Shown: positions 13,604-29,958, counted from the stretch's first letter. The stretch: DNA of 64,000 nt from Octopus vulgaris (GCA_951406725.2 OX597818.1:6324001-6388000), one strand, 5' to 3'. The notes: generated from the sequence alone by a model not told the origin. Translations and numbers: made by a program.

Positions 13604-16600
13604 AATACAAAATGCATAAATTAATCACAAGATTAACCAGCCAGTGTGCTGTTTGGAAAATACACATTCAATTCTCTGCTATCAAAATTTTTTTAGCAAT
13701 GCGCTCAAAACAGATTGTAGTATTACTTTCCTTTAGAAAAATTGATGTGATTAATAAAAATACTACTTATTTATTAAACAAAAACTTGTAGCTCACATTG
13801 ATAATTCATATAAAATAGAATTTTCAAATTAATTTATATAGTATATTAAAGTAAACTCTCATGCGAATCTTTTCACTTACCGATTTTAAATTATTTTGTT
13901 AGGAGCTGTTTTAAGGCCTTCCATCATGTAAAATTAATAACTGTATATGTTCTCGATAGACAGTTACTACGTTTTTCCTTTATTTCTTTTCTTGTTGTAT
14001 AAATCCTTAAAGCAATGGGAAAAATAAAATAACTTGCTGTATTTCTTCAGGCTCTTTCCCTTCTGATTTCAAACCCAACCAGAGCAAGCTTTGCTTTTCA
14101 TCCCAAGAGGCTTTTCATCCAAAACCAAATGCTTGTTCATCGCTATATCTGCTGATATAAAGAAACACTGTCACATCGACGCTGCTACCGTTCATTGCGT
14201 ATAAATTAGAAACAATTATTTTGTTATAACTAGGCTAATATTCGCCTTGATTCAGTCGTGACCTGTGATGTGTTTTAATGTAACAGAGTGATTTCTTCCT
14301 CAAGAAAAGAAAAGCTAGGTTTCATTTCTGAGAGATTTGGTTGTCAATCTCAGCTTTGTCGAACGAAGTCATAGAGGCTCTTTCCTATTACTTTTATTTT
14401 ATGCATGAAACAATATTTGCCTTGTTTAGAATTCATTGTTAAGAAACAAACATTTCAATACACTCAGCTAAACAAACATTCCACCATTTAGTAATATAAT
14501 ATTTATCCAAGAGTGGCGATACAGTAGCACATACATGACAGACGATATTAAATTATTAATTTAAAACGATGCTCTATTATTTCTTCCAGAACTACCATTG
14601 ATTGTTATATATATATATATATATATATACATTCGTAATTGTTTACTCGAATCATGGATTTAATTTGTATAATCCGCTTAATTTATTTTCCTACTTATCG
14701 TCAAGTGTCTTTAAATCCTATAGAACATAATATGTCACGTCATTTTCCTCGAGTAATTATTTTTACAAAAAGACCTATTAACTTCATGATGATGCAAATA
14801 ATATTTCACACAGAGCAGTTAAACATCAGGGATTTTTAAAAATTGAAACAAAGCGTAATTTTATCTTTATGAAATTTCTTAAATTTCTAAAACAAATATG
14901 TGCTCAAGAGATTCCAGTCTACACTTTTTTTTAATAACGATCTTTTCGTAATTATGACTAACTAATTACTTTTCGTATCACACGTACAATCTTAGCATAT
15001 AGCCAACAAATATTTCAACGTATTTCAAAATCTAATCGGATGAATGTTTTTATTCTTCATCACATTGTTTTCTGGAAGAAATTTTTGAATACTATCACAT
15101 AAAACAGTTGAATAAAATCATACTAGACAGAAATTTATCTTTTGCATCAGAGACAATTAATATATTTCTTGTTATGTATTGCTTTTACCAAATTCATATA
15201 ATCGCATAAGATCTAATATCTTATCGCATCAAAAAAACCAATATTTCATAAAAGTGGTATAAGCAAATTTCTGTTCTTGTGCAGTCGGCGTAGAATTCTA
15301 TAGTGAATCCGACTACAATTGATATAATTAAGTTGATTGTTAGTGTTTTTATTTGTGTGTGTCTGGCGCAAAGTAATCGGAGGTATTATAATCATTCAGT
15401 TCGACCAGACATTGAATATCAGGAACAATATAACTCAATGAAACATCGATTTTTTTTTTAAGATCGTAAAGTGTGATTTGCCTGTTCATTCGTATAGGTG
15501 TCACAACGATGCACACGTTTTTCGTTGTCACGGAAGATAATTTAGATAGTTTTATCAAATTTTTGCAGGAATCCAAACTTGATTACCTAAAGGTAGGTGA
15601 ACAGTATCGATGGAAAATTACATACATTTCCCTAAAGATTCAACGAAATATGAGAGGACAGTCCTACATACTACTCATTGAGAAACAGAATTTCAGCCGA
15701 TCTTTGAGAGAACTGATACTATAATAATAAAATGGTGTAATTAAAACTACAAAAAAGTGTTTTTTATTCATTTTAATCACCCACTTCACATATGCTGTAT
15801 TTTATGTTATGCTGCATTTCTAGAAGTAATCTTTGAAATATACGGACATGCTAGGTGTAAGCATGTGTCGTTGAAACAGAATTTAATTTCAAAAATGTAG
15901 ATTAACATTGATTCGTAGGCGAATGCAACCAGGAGAGATGTTTGTAACAATATGCATTATATAATAAAGAAGATAGATAATATATTGTGCATTCAAAACT
16001 TATATCTACATGTAGTAATTGTAAAAAATATTTAAATACTTAAACACCCATTTCAGAATTCGAATTTCCAGATTTATAAATACAATAGCTTATCATACAA
16101 CATTAACGCTAATGTCTGATTTCGAAATTATCACTCACTAAGGACAGATAATCCATAATCACCGTTACGAAAAGTTTCGAATGCATAAATCAGTGAGTAA
16201 TGAAAAGATTAAGTTTGGGTCATGTGCATATGTTTCATTCTAAGAATAAACATATGCATATAGGTTATATGAAAATTTCGTTAGTGACTTTAATATATTC
16301 CAAGCAATAGTCTGTTGAACACTTGTACTTCACTGCATCTCTCTAGACATTTACGCCGATCGTTCGGCAGTGATTCCACGTGATTATATCTCTTGGTTAT
16401 TCGTATTTGATTTTAATTACGAATATTTCTGATGGGCCTTATCATATACACATTATCGCAATATCGAATTAGCGAAGTTCATATAGTCAGTGAATCGTCT
16501 TTCATCCAACTGAAATATTTCGATTGATGCGTGTTAAAGTCATCTAAACAATTTCACACATTGATTTCGTTCTGAAACTCACAGTATCTTGCTACTAAAA

Positions 16601-18214
16601 CAGCTTTAAAAGTAGTAAATAATTTCAACAAATACAAAAGTATTTCTATAAAGTATAGCTGTGATGTTATACTAACTATTTCACGGTTTGGCGGTTGAAG
16701 CATTTATACGAATAATACTTGTTTTTTCTTCTCTCGAGTAGTCATTTCCATTGCAAACTATATAGATAAATACGTCTATGAATTGCAATATTTCCACAAT
16801 AAAGGTTTTTCCTGTAAATAAATGCAAGAAAGTTGGACCACACATGCGATACGAAGGTAGACATTTTTAGATATAAAATATTTCCGTAATGATCTTTAAC
16901 ATTCCAGTAAATGTCTCAAGAAAAAACAGAATTGCATTTGTTGAACATATCTATGGCTTGCTAACCCAAGAAAAGTGGTCTTAATTGGGACTGAGTGGAA
17001 TATTCGGTCTCGTATCAATATCGGTAAATTTGCTATCATTCATGAAGTATATCCCGGTTATAATCCAGAGATTTTAACTAAACGCATACAACATAAATTT
17101 CTATAAGCTCTACGTTCACTTTCAATAAGCATGTTAGAAAACCCGTATGTACAACACCTTCACATATTTATATTCCACCTTAAATTTACAAAGAAAGTAA
17201 AATAAGGAACCAAATTTAATTTCAAAATTCTCAGTTTCTCTATATTATTTGTGTGTGTATGTGTGTTCGTATGTGGGGGTTCTGCGTGTATGAAATTAAA
17301 TAATGTCTTCTTTTATATACGAGGTACAGTAAAGCATATCAACAATTACCTTTATTACGTAAATAATATGTAAAACATTAGACCCCGTGAGCTTAACAAT
17401 GAATTCCAGATGCACGTGACTAACTACTTTTTTTATCTCCTCCCTCATCCCCATCAGCATATCGATTTCAATGAGCTGAAGTTAGTCCGTAGTAACAAAA
17501 TTGCGTGCATAAATTTCTCAAAGATATTACTTCCAAAATTACAATTGCAAAGAAGAGGAAATCAGCATCAAAAACAATTAAGTTTTTATCTGCTATACAG
17601 GAAGTAAAGCAATAACAAAGTATTGTTTTCATAACAAAATATGTTAGTCATCTGATTTACATTTGCAACTCATGGGTCATAAAGCTGCAAATGTTGCTGT
17701 CATTGCAGTATTTAATTTTAATAAATATTTAAATATGAAATATTGCTTTCACACAAGCTAGGCCCAGTATCTAATTTTCAACTCCTGTTGAATATAAAAT
17801 AATAAAATAGAGCGCGGTATTGTCGAAATTTTGCTACATATGTTTCTTGAAGTATTCGTAACCCAAATTCAAAACGCCCCCACTCACAAATTGCAATAAT
17901 TCTAATAGCGAAAAATAATATTTATATTTTTCCTTGTGTGAGTTTTAAGATGCATCAGTTGCAGTGTTGCTGAATCTGAACGGAAATCAATAGTCGTACT
18001 AATGATCGTAACTATATATAAAAAGTGTGTGCATGTGTCTGTATGTGTGTGTGTGCCACACACGAACACAAAAACATATGTACATATGTATATATGGCAT
18101 AGTCCAGTATTGTTTAAAGATTTGCCAATAAAGAAAGAGCCGGTTTTTAGCCTAGATTTAAGGCTCTTTCATTGGAATTTCAACATCACCATGAGGTTAT
18201 TTTTGTATTCGTTT

Positions 18215-18602
18215 ATTCTTTTATTCTTTTATTAGTTTCAGTCTAATAGTCAAACAAATCTACCCCTGAAATTATTATTTGTAAGCCTAGTACTTATTCT
18301 ATCGGGCTCTTTTGCTGACCCGCTAAGTTACGGTGACATAGATACAACAACATCGGATTTCAAGTGATAGTGGGGGGAAACAGACGGACACAAACACACA
18401 CACACATATATATATAGAGAGAGAGAGAAAGAGAGACAGACAGACAGACAGACGACAGGATTCTATCAGTTTCCGTCTACCAAATCCACTCACAGGCCTT
18501 GGTTGGTTCGAGGCTATAGTAGAAGACATTTTCACAAGGTGCCACAAAGTAAGACTGAAGCCAAAACCATGTCGTTGGTAAGCAAGGTACTTACCACACA
18601 GC
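18215..18602 (-). mobile_element. tRNA-derived SINE, same family as 12087-12505 (more diverged)
   Basis: Shared tacttattctatcgg...cagtttccgtctaccaaatccactcaca...gaggctatagtagaagaca. Confidence 0.85.
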
Positions 18603-18705
18603 TATATGTATGCATGTATATATGTATATGCGCAGATCTGCATGTTTTGCTTTATTTATGTATTTTCCTCTATATAATTACATATCTAGACATGCTCATA
18701 TATAT

Positions 18706-19560
18706 TTAAATGATAAACTTCTGGAATGTTTTACACATTTTTACAGTTCCAGTGATGGATTTGATCTGTAGTCTTCCATGTAGCTTTCCCCTTTCAGGTT
18801 TTGGGAATCCTAATTTCCCAAGATTAATATTTAAGCAGTGTGTTGCATATCCCAGGGCCCCAATAATTACAGCTTTAAACCTGAACTTGTAATCTGGATA
18901 GAGTAACTGCAGATTTCTCAAGTAGGTATTCTTTTTCACTGAGATTCAGCGTTATGTTAACGTCCGCTGGGTAGCTAATTTCCACAACTGTGCACAGTTT
19001 CTCTTCTGTATCCCAAATCATTATATCATGTCTGATGTGCTTAGATTTTATTGAAGTCTTCATTGGGACATTCCACTAACACTCCTTTTTATTATGAGTG
19101 CTTATGGCTTCTACTATACTGTGGGTTCTTATTCCTTTTTTCCGCGGTGTCAACCTTCCGATGGATTTCATTATAGAGTGTCCTAGCTACAACATAATAT
19201 CTCATCGGTAGATGATACCGTGATTATATTTTCGGACAACTACTTCTGATGTGCGTGATATCTTCGGTGTTATCTCCTCAACATCTGGACGCGTTGCCAC
19301 ATTTTATTGCTTTTACTGCGTATCTATCCCTTTTGTGCATCAGTTACTTCGTTGATATTTCCTATTCCAGGGTTGCAAACGCATACCCTTCGAAGTGGGC
19401 GGTAGTAATTCGGCTAATGGTCCATGATAAACTGCTTTGATGATCGACATTTCTATTATCTCGGAACCTTCTACTAACATATACTTGCATAGTCTTCTAC
19501 TCATAAAGGCTCATCCATTCATCTGATTATACGTTGCAGTAGAGACGTGTGACTACTTTG
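18706..19560 (-). mobile_element. R4/Dong-like LINE 3' relic (CCHC finger and restriction-like endonuclease)
   Basis: RHDIMIWDTEEKLCTVVEISYPAD, VIIGALG, ITGTVKMCKTFQKF-stop; degenerate zinc finger near 19210-19300. Confidence 0.8.
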
Positions 19561-21689
19561 GGCTTGTATTCTACGTTATCAAAGAATGTCTGTCTGTCTG
19601 TATGTATGTATGTCTGTCTGTATGTATGTATGTATGTATGTATTCATGCATGCAAGTCTGTATGTATGTATGTATGTATGTATGTATGTATGTATGTATG
19701 TATGTATGTATGTATGTATGTATGTATGTATGTATGTATGTATGTATGTATGTATGTATGTATGCATGTATGTATGTATGTATGTGCTTCAAGACATTAG
19801 CATATCTAAGGCAAGTTTAACTGTTTTCAAAATAACCTATGCGGCAAGGCAGATAAAAAATTGGGAAAAATATAGAAATCTAATTATTAGTTAAATATTG
19901 TCTTTTACGCACCATACCGAAATACTGAACATGGTTATTGCCACTGTATGGATGTTAACATGTCAAATACAGACATGAAATAAACCATTAAACCTCAATT
20001 GTTAATTGTTGCTTGTCTCTAATATCATTTTGACACCTAATATCTAAACTTAAAATAACTATATTAAGTCTCATATTTATGAGCAAAGATGTGTTAATTT
20101 TAACTTTTGTATTGTGATATGCAATTTGATCATGTTGGTTACTCCATGATGTAATTAAAAGTAACGTGTATGTTTCTGTTATAACATAATTAAATAATTC
20201 CTTATCTATTAATTTGAATTTAATAACAATTAATTTTAAGCACATTTTATTAGATGCCCAATATTAGCTTTTCTTTTATAACTAACAAAACTTAGATAAC
20301 ATTGCATAAATCTCGGTAATAGTACTTAAATATCTTAAACTTTATTCTCATTTTTAATGTTAATACTAACTCAACTACCATTTTGTTATAGTCTCCGTTA
20401 TTTAAAAGTTTCATTATATTAATTTGATATTATATTTTGATTGGATTTCAAAACATTTTATGAAATTCTGTATTTGTCAGCATTTATACTCTTTTTAAGA
20501 GTAGCTAAATAACTTAGTTATGTGCTGCTTATGTATGTTGTCATATTTACTTTTGTAGTGAAACTCTTGTTACATGTATTTTTAAAATTTACAATTTAGG
20601 TTATTCAATACGCAAGTGATTTACATTAATTAATCAGGATTGTATTTCTAATCTACCAGGAGTTGAAACAATCTTTCTCGATCCAGCTTTCATGAATTTC
20701 ATTTGCATTCAGTAGCCCATTACTAACTATTTTTGACATACAAATGAGTAGATTTGTAATAAACGATTTTGCGTATATTTTCAAATAAATATTTCATTAT
20801 ATATCCTGTATCAACTCAAGAAATGAGTGGATTACAATGAATACAATGAAGTATATATTGCTGTTTGGTATTGTGACAACGCTTTACGGTAGATTTGTTA
20901 TGAAGAATGAGTTCAATTCTCGAGGCTCTTCCAATGATACATTATGTAGGACATGAAATCAAGTCCTGATGACCTACCTAACGTGCGCTTTCTCTAACAA
21001 AGCCAACTGTTATATAAATAATTCAATCATTAATCGATAAATACATAAATAGGTCTTTGACTGGCAGAGAAATACTCTGTGACTATTGTCATGTGAATAT
21101 TTTCGCAGTTTAGTTCTCATGTGAATTCACTAAAATAAGCAACAAGAATCGAATTAATTCAATCACAACACATAGTAAATGCAGAATATATCTCAGTAAA
21201 TGAGGACGATTTATTCAGGCGGAAATCCAAAGAAAACAAAAGAGGGTAAATTATATTATTCTTATTTACTACATAAAACAATGTTTTCTCTCCTTCAGAG
21301 ACCTCTAAAGCCAAAGTTATGACAAATTCTTTGTAAAATGTACTTAATGTAAAGTATAAAAATCAAAGCTAGTGTTGTGTTAAGCAATATCTATTATACT
21401 TGTCGTTGTAATTTGTTTGTTTTAAGCATTCATTACTGTTGTCAATTTCCTGGTCATTACTATATTATTATTCTAATACAATGCTCTGTTCTACACATAA
21501 AGTGAGCACTTTCATATATACGATAAAGTGATAATCATGTTTACGGCAATTGAGAGAATGTTTATTTCTGCAAACAGGAAATTATTAATACAGAGCGTAT
21601 GCATATGCATACGTGTATATGTATGTATATAAATGTGTGTGTGCGTCTGTGTCTGTGGGTGTTTACATATGCGTATACATACACATATC

Positions 21690-21740
<51 letters not shown>

Positions 21741-21741
<1 letters not shown>

Positions 21742-21985
21742 TGACAACAAAAGAATGAATGAGACCTCGATATCATATAAAATAGAGGTATTTATCTATA
21801 AATATAATATGTGACAATTAGTTGGTTGTCATAATAAAACTCAAAGTTTTGGATGCCGGGGCTGAAGTTTGCTCCGGTATCTCATCAGTTAATAAGACAA
21901 ACGCTATAGAAAAATATCCGTTGAATAAAGGGAAATAACTCCAATAGGCCTGGAGAAAGTAGTACTTTATTCATAGAATCCGCAT
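21741..21985 (-). repeat. PLE 3' terminus (pLTR), same family as 5276-5500
   Basis: Shares gagacctc.atat.at.taaa.tagagg.a.ttatcta...aaaactc..agttt...gatgccg...aataaagggaaa with 5290-5480. Confidence 0.75.
21833..21893 (-). ncRNA. Hammerhead-ribozyme-like motif (degenerate)
   Basis: Minus strand: CTGATGA-GATACCGG...CCGGCATC-C-AAAA-CTTTGAG-TT; intact CUGAUGA, GAAA changed to AAAA. Confidence 0.55.
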
Positions 21986-22424
21986 ATGTACATATATACA
22001 GACACACATACAAATACTCATACACATGTATATATATATATATATACATACACACGCGTGTACATATACATACAAACACACATATATACATATATATGTC
22101 TACGCATATACGCACATACACACGCATACACGCATAGATACGCGGATATACAAAACGTACGCAAAAAACATGAACCGTAAAAAATTCACATTCGCCGCAA
22201 AACTTGAATATACAAATGAGTTATATATGTTTATACATAAATACACCCTCCTGTCTGTGAAACACGTCTACACCTGCAGATATATAAACATATATACATA
22301 CATATATGTATGAAGGAAGGAGACAAGTACAACAGGTAGAGTTTTGCACTTGTATATATACAATCATGCATACACATGCATATATGCACGCACATACACA
22401 TTACGTTTATAGTACACGCGTATA

Positions 22425-22700
22425 AGTTACATAATTATAAAGGGTGAAAAGTAATATACAGAAAAATCATATAAAGTAATAAAATATATATATAAGAAAT
22501 ATATAAAAGATTTTAAGATATGAAAGGCTTTACGTGGACGTAATAACCTAATACAAAAAGTAAGTTCTATCTGTGATCTTGTGGGGGGGGGGTCCAAAAA
22601 CATAGCAAATATTTTGCCATGTGTGGACATGACCCAAAAACTGAACTTTTGGTGTCATGTCCACACAAGGGACGATATTTGCTAAGTGCGAATAGACTAC
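22425..22700 (-). mobile_element. PLE ORF C-terminal fragment plus 3' UTR
   Basis: KSSVFGSCPHMAKYLLCFWTP matches RTELFGSCPHVTKFLLRFWSP at 5626-5720. Confidence 0.7.
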
Positions 22701-22790
22701 GTTGTGTATATCCGCGTATGTATGTGCGTGTGCGTGTTGTGATGCGTATATGAGCGTACACACATGTATATATATATATATATATATATA

Positions 22791-24191
<1,401 letters not shown>

Positions 24192-24408
24192 CATATATAT
24201 ATATAAATGTAATGTGTATGTGTGTGCATACATGCATGTGTATGCATGATTGTATATATACAAGTGCAAAACTCTACCTTTTGTACTTGTCTCCTTCCTG
24301 CATACAAATATGTATACATATACGTTTATATATCTGCAGGTGTAGATGTGTTTGACAGACAGGAGGGTGTATTTATGTATATATGCAGTCATGTGTATAT
24401 GAGCGTAT

Positions 24409-24464
<56 letters not shown>

Positions 24465-24484
24465 GTATGTATATATATATATAC

Positions 24485-24529
<45 letters not shown>

Positions 24530-24544
24530 ATATATGTATGTATG

Positions 24545-24609
<65 letters not shown>

Positions 24610-24894
24610 GTATATATGCATCCTGAAAGAGAACAGATAATACGAATATTTAGAGGTACCAACACACACGCACATATGTACAGCATAAAATATTGAAGCA
24701 CACATACCTAAATGTATAGGACTACTGTATCTTGACCAAGGTGGGTAGGATTGAGCAAGTTTGATTCCAGAAGACTCTACATATAGCTTATGTACAAGTT
24801 TCAAGTTTCTCCTATCCACTGCACCAGTGTTCTCCGAAGCGTGGAAGGTTGTGCTTAAATTCGATACATTCCACAGCCGCAAACATACAAGTGT

Positions 24895-24936
<42 letters not shown>

Positions 24937-25029
24937 CTTTTATCTTTTATTCGTTTCAGCCTTGAGGCTGCGTCTTGCTAGAGCACCGCCGTGATCTTGC
25001 ACAGTTATTTATAATTCTCCTACTGTTGT

Positions 25030-25350
25030 TTTCCTGAGGGTGGTTGGGATTCAAATCCGCGCACGTGCATGTGCCTTAGTTCCGGCTGTTGGCCAATTTG
25101 ACTCCGCTACTCTCCTCTGAACTTCATATTGAGCTGTCGGTTCACCCGGTATTGTGGAGATGAGAATGTTTAGCTCCTGTTTGAAGACATCTACGTCCAC
25201 ATTGTTTAGCTCTTTTAACTTTTTGTGGTAGGGCATTGAAGGTCAGTGGGCCTTTAAACACTAACGTTTTTCAGTACCCAGTCCTGAATTTAAACAGAGT
25301 GAACGATGCCTTTCGTACAGTATAACGGTGTCGTGTTCTAGTATTTGCAT
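25030..25350 (-). mobile_element. LINE 3' fragment (CR1/L2-like)
   Basis: FKGPLTFNALP...KELNNVDVDVFKQELNILISTIPGEP, typical of the ORF2 C-terminus. Confidence 0.55.
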
Positions 25351-25714
25351 AGTACACGGGCTGTCTGAGGGACCATGAGCTAGTCTAAGAGAACTGTTAT
25401 GAATAGTAAGGTTTCGAAGACACTTCCCTGGGTGTCACCACTTAGTATTTGAGCTTCTTCACAAAGGGCACCATTGACTGCAACTACTTGACGTCTGTCT
25501 TTCAGGAACAGATGCAGGAACTCGCGCAACTTAAAAGCAAAATTAAAGTCTCACAATTTGTGATATATCACGCCATAATCTACTTATCAAAATCTTTTGA
25601 GAAGTCAAGATATATTACACTGATATTTGATGGTCACGCAGCTGTATGTATGAATGTCTCTTCTATTTTTTAATTATCAATTTGGGATGTAGTTAACACA
25701 GACGAATTCACCTT

Positions 25715-28700
25715 TAAAACTTGAGAAAAGTCTTCCATATTTTTACTGTTCCATTCACAGAGACTGGACTTGGAATGTATGAATAAGCCTGTCAATTTCT
25801 CTTTCTGAAAATCCCAGTTTATCCAGATTCTCCTTTAAGTATTCACTAACAAAACCTAGTGCTCCAATTATTATTGGTATGAATATGAATTCATAGTCTC
25901 GGTTTAGAAGATGGAGGTTTCAAAGCAGTTTTCTATTGATGTCCTCTTTTTCTTTAATTTTCAAAGATATATTTATATCTGCAAAGCAGGTGACCTTCAT
26001 GATGATACATACCTTTGACCCTCTGCCTCAAACAACAATATCCGGCTTGCTATGCTTACATTTGACAAAAGTTTTGATGGGAATATTCCACCAGTATTCG
26101 TTGAGATGGTGTTTATGAATGTATTCTATAGCAGAGGGATTTCCTAAGTTTATTTTAGGACAATCTTTTTTGCGGATGGCACTGTAAATTGTTTTAGCAA
26201 CATCGTCCCGCATAGGGAGGTAATATCGTTACGGCATTGTAAGAGAGCTGCTAATCACAAGCATAATGTCTTCCACACAAAAATGACCTAGCCTACACAT
26301 GCGGTTGCACCTTGAGATTACAAGAGCATCATTGTCGCACTTGTTCACCAAGTACTTTATGGCAATCTCCTGTTCCTGGATTGTAATCGCATAGCCTTCA
26401 AATTGTAATGTGATGTAGTGGTCTTGTGTCCAAGAGAGGCTGCACTTCGTGTCAATTCCACTGTCTTCTTCAAGCTTCCGGGCAACATACCTATGTATGG
26501 TCTTATTTTTTTGTATGCTGAGTTCTTTTCATCTCCATCTTCTCTAAGGTAAGAAAGCCCAGCTATTTTGGGGCTGTATAGATCATCTTGAGAAGTGTAC
26601 TGCCAACTCGTGCAATGTTTCTCGCTTCACTTTTCTGGGCTGCATTAATATATATATTTTGTCTTCTGTTGTTTAGCGGGTGCTGCCTGAGTGATATCAT
26701 ACGTCATTCGAAGGCCGTCTGTACTGATTTCAGGCCTCTACCACCTTCATTTCTGCTCAGGTAGAGCCTGTCATCATCAGTTTCTGTGGAAGCTCCCAGC
26801 TGCTGTTAGGATTTTGCGGGTTTTGATATCTATGGAGTGGATTTCCCCTACAGACCAATCAAGTATCCCGAATGTTGGGATCAGCACTGGTACTGAAAAT
26901 ACATTGTGGGATATTGCTTTGTTGTAAAAAGAGAGTTGCGTCTAACATATTTTCTTAAGTCTGGTGAAATATTTTCGAGTCACTCTATCTTTACTCACTG
27001 TGCTTTCATTTTGATACATTTTCGTCTATAACTAGGTACTTGTAACACACTTTGTGTGAAATTGGGGAGATAGAGTGACCGTTGAGGTACAGGTTTTAGA
27101 TTTGGGGGATTGACGTTCCTCGTTCTATAACTAAAATAAAAACATTTTTTCTGGCCAAATTCCATGCCTATATCAGATGAAATGTTATTATTAATTCCAG
27201 TTGTATTTTGGCATTGTTAACACTTTTAGCATAAATCTTCAGGTCATTTACAAAGAAATTATGAGTCACATTGATATTTCCGGCAGTTGAAGATCCTAGC
27301 ATATAACCATTTGTTTCCTGCTTAGGTTCGTTTAACTAATCTTCGTACAATCTCACACCTGAAATTCAAGTTGTCTCAAAAGAGACTGTATGTTTTTTCG
27401 ATAGACGAGAAATACTAATGATTCAGTTAAAGAAAAACAGAGAGAAAAGTATATCCAATTTTTTATTATGCTGTAATTTATATTCTTTTTCCCTACGTAA
27501 CGTTTCCATCACAATCAAGATGAATCTTACTCATCTTTTAATTCATTATGATACTACAAACTATCAGTGCCAAAATGAAAAGAAGCACAGAAAGACTAGT
27601 TTCTTGGAATATTCCTTTTGTAATGCCTATACTATTACAAACAATCATTCTGTTCTTAGTTGTAAGAGTAAGATTTGTTGTCCATGTCTTTGTGAGTCTC
27701 TCTATAGCAGCAACTAATGTAGTAGATATCTTTGCTATATGTAGGCACTTCAACAGCCATGAATGAGGGATAGAGTCGAATGCCTTCTTATAGTCAAGCC
27801 ACAAGATTTCTGCGTTCTTTTCTTACTGCAGACAGTACAGCCTTTTTTTATTAAAAGTTGTTCGGGATAACTCTACACTCCCTTCCTTAAACCAGCCTGT
27901 TCGTCAGTCACAATGTTGTTCGATTCACAATGGTCAACTTGTGTACAGATTGTACATAATGATTAGGCAAGGAATGGACCTGTAGCTTCTTGTCATTTCG
28001 GTGATTTCGTAGCAAGCCAGTTTGGCATATCACTCTGACCTTCCATCGACCTTTTGAATATACATATCAACTGGTTTCTATAAATGTCAGCTTCTTGGAC
28101 CAATATCCAATTATTATGTCCCTTCCAAGTTCCTTCCCACTCTGCAGTTTCCCTACTGCTATAGCGAAGGTTTCTCCATCAATTTTGTATGTTTTACTGT
28201 TAGTGTTCATATAGTATTCTCTCTCAACTGTATTTAACCACGATGCATTCAAATTGAAATCCCTCTTTTCGTTCCAAATTTTTGACTAGAATGATTGTAG
28301 ATCTTGGGAGGGAGGTTTTTTTAATGGCAATATTTTCCTTCTTCATTTCTCTATATAATGCTTGTGGTATGGAAGCAAGCTTGCAATTGATACTGGCTCG
28401 CTCAAAAATTCGCATGCGATAGCAGAGCTTCTTGCTGATAGTCCTGAGTTCACGTTTCAAAGTGATTAGCTTTCCCTCAAGAGCACCATGTGAAGAGTTT
28501 CCATGAAGTTTCATTAATTTTTATCTAAGGTAGATTTGGTGAGGTGTAAACTCATTCTTCTCCGTTTATTTTATTGTTGTAGTTAACCATCCAATTTGGC
28601 GGCGCACGTTATTGATGTTTTCTTCAGGTTTTGTTTTCCACCTAGATTGTTTCCGTTTAGTATTTTTCGTTACTTGGTTCACTATAGATTTCTCCTAGGT

Positions 28701-28870
28701 GTTCTTTAAAAGTAATAGCGGCTGTGTATATAAGAATATTAATATTCCTGTAATTAACATAACGTGATTCCATGTGCTCTGCAGCAACATAAGATTTTGT
28801 CTCACTCTTGTTGGAAATATTATGTTGCTCAATGAAATTTCGAGAAAGTAGCAAAATTTTTTGCGAATTG
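25715..28870 (-). mobile_element. Near full-length decayed R4/Dong-like LINE (RT, CCHC, REL endonuclease), interrupted at 27325-27567
   Basis: WLDYKKAFDSIPHSWL, GIFQETSLSVLLFILAL, HNFFVNDLKIY, MRDDVAKTIY, WWNIPIKT...SKPDIVV, GTVKIWKTFLKF-stop; many stops and frameshifts. Confidence 0.88.
27325..27567 (+). repeat. 243-bp direct duplicate of 32760-33002
   Basis: Identical except one substitution seen (attcatt vs atgcatt); the duplicated 'MIQLKKNREK' ORFs in the track reflect it. Confidence 0.97.
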
Positions 28871-29054
28871 TAATTTTTAAATATTTAGAGTTTGATGTAT
28901 TTCGCAGTCTTCGCTACTGGGTCGGCTAAATTTGGAGATACACTCGAATTTAGCGATGGTGGGAGCAGTGGTTGGTTTACATTATTTTTTACAGTGCTTC
29001 TTGCAGATTTTGATCCATTTTCCAATACAAACGTATATCTCGAAACGACCGTAA

Positions 29055-29205
29055 GGTTTTGTAATACACCGATGCTGGTGTGTTTACATCCCCGTAATTT
29101 AGCGGTTCAGCAAAAGACACAGATAAAATAAGTCCTAGGGTTGATTTGTTCAACTACAGGTGATGCTCCAGCATGGCTGCAGTCAAATGATTGAAGCAAA
29201 TAAAT
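29055..29205 (+). mobile_element. SINE 3' half (family of 12087-12505)
   Basis: ccgatgctggtgtgtttacatccccgtaatttagcggttcagc...gctccagcatggctgcagtcaaatga. Confidence 0.75.
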
Positions 29206-29304
29206 AATAAAGGAATACACACGCACCCACACACACACACATATATATATAGAGAGAGAGAGAGAAAGAGAGAGAGAGACATATACATTTATATATATGC
29301 AAAC

Positions 29305-29958
29305 AACTCTCCTTTCTTCCTCTCTCACCTACTTCCTCCTATCCACCTCCTCACTTCTCTCTGTCCATCATCACCCCTCCCTCGTAACCCCACCACCACA
29401 AAATCCAACCCCACCTTCCCTACCCATCCCTTACACTCACTCCTACACACCCCACGGCTACCCCCACCCTCAGCCTAACACCCCACCCTTGCTTTCCCCA
29501 CTCTCACCTCCCCCACATGCCAAGACCACCATAGCACACAACGCCACATCACATCATACCACTACACACACACACTAACACCGACCACTTCCCAACTCCA
29601 CACCATCACCTACACACCTACACATGCACACACGCAAACGTCAGGGTCACCAGCCCTCTCCCACATGCACATACATGCTCTCATATGAATACGCATTTCG
29701 TTTTTGGAGCAGCACTACTATTATCTCCTCTTCTTTCTAGCCCTCCTGTGTGACCCCTCTGGCATTCGCCATGATAGATCGCTACCTACTACACATTCTT
29801 TATTTTCTCTGCCTGTTTCCTTCTGTGTTCCTTTCTGTGGAAGAGCTTTGGCTTGAAACGTTAAAGACTTTTGCACTTCCCGAGTGTTAAACTAATACAT
29901 TTTTTTGTTGTCTATATCACCTGTCTTCTTCTTTTGTTTTTTTTGTGAACTCTCCCTA
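29305..29958 (+). mobile_element. PLE-like 3' end (C-rich segment plus pLTR with hammerhead-like core at 29831-29866)
   Basis: Terminal 200 bp homologous to 39803-40003; ctttCTGTGGA-AGAGC-TTTG-GCTT-GAAA-CG-TT-aaag. Confidence 0.55.

Noticed and set aside
15571-15594. Possible micro-exon (ttttgcag|gaatcc...aaag|gtaggt)
   Set aside because: Splice-like signals alone are expected by chance; no homology or neighbouring exons
27418-27717. Duplicated 'MIQLKKNREK' ORF as a small gene family
   Set aside because: Chance ORF within the 243-bp duplication; the frames diverge exactly at the junction
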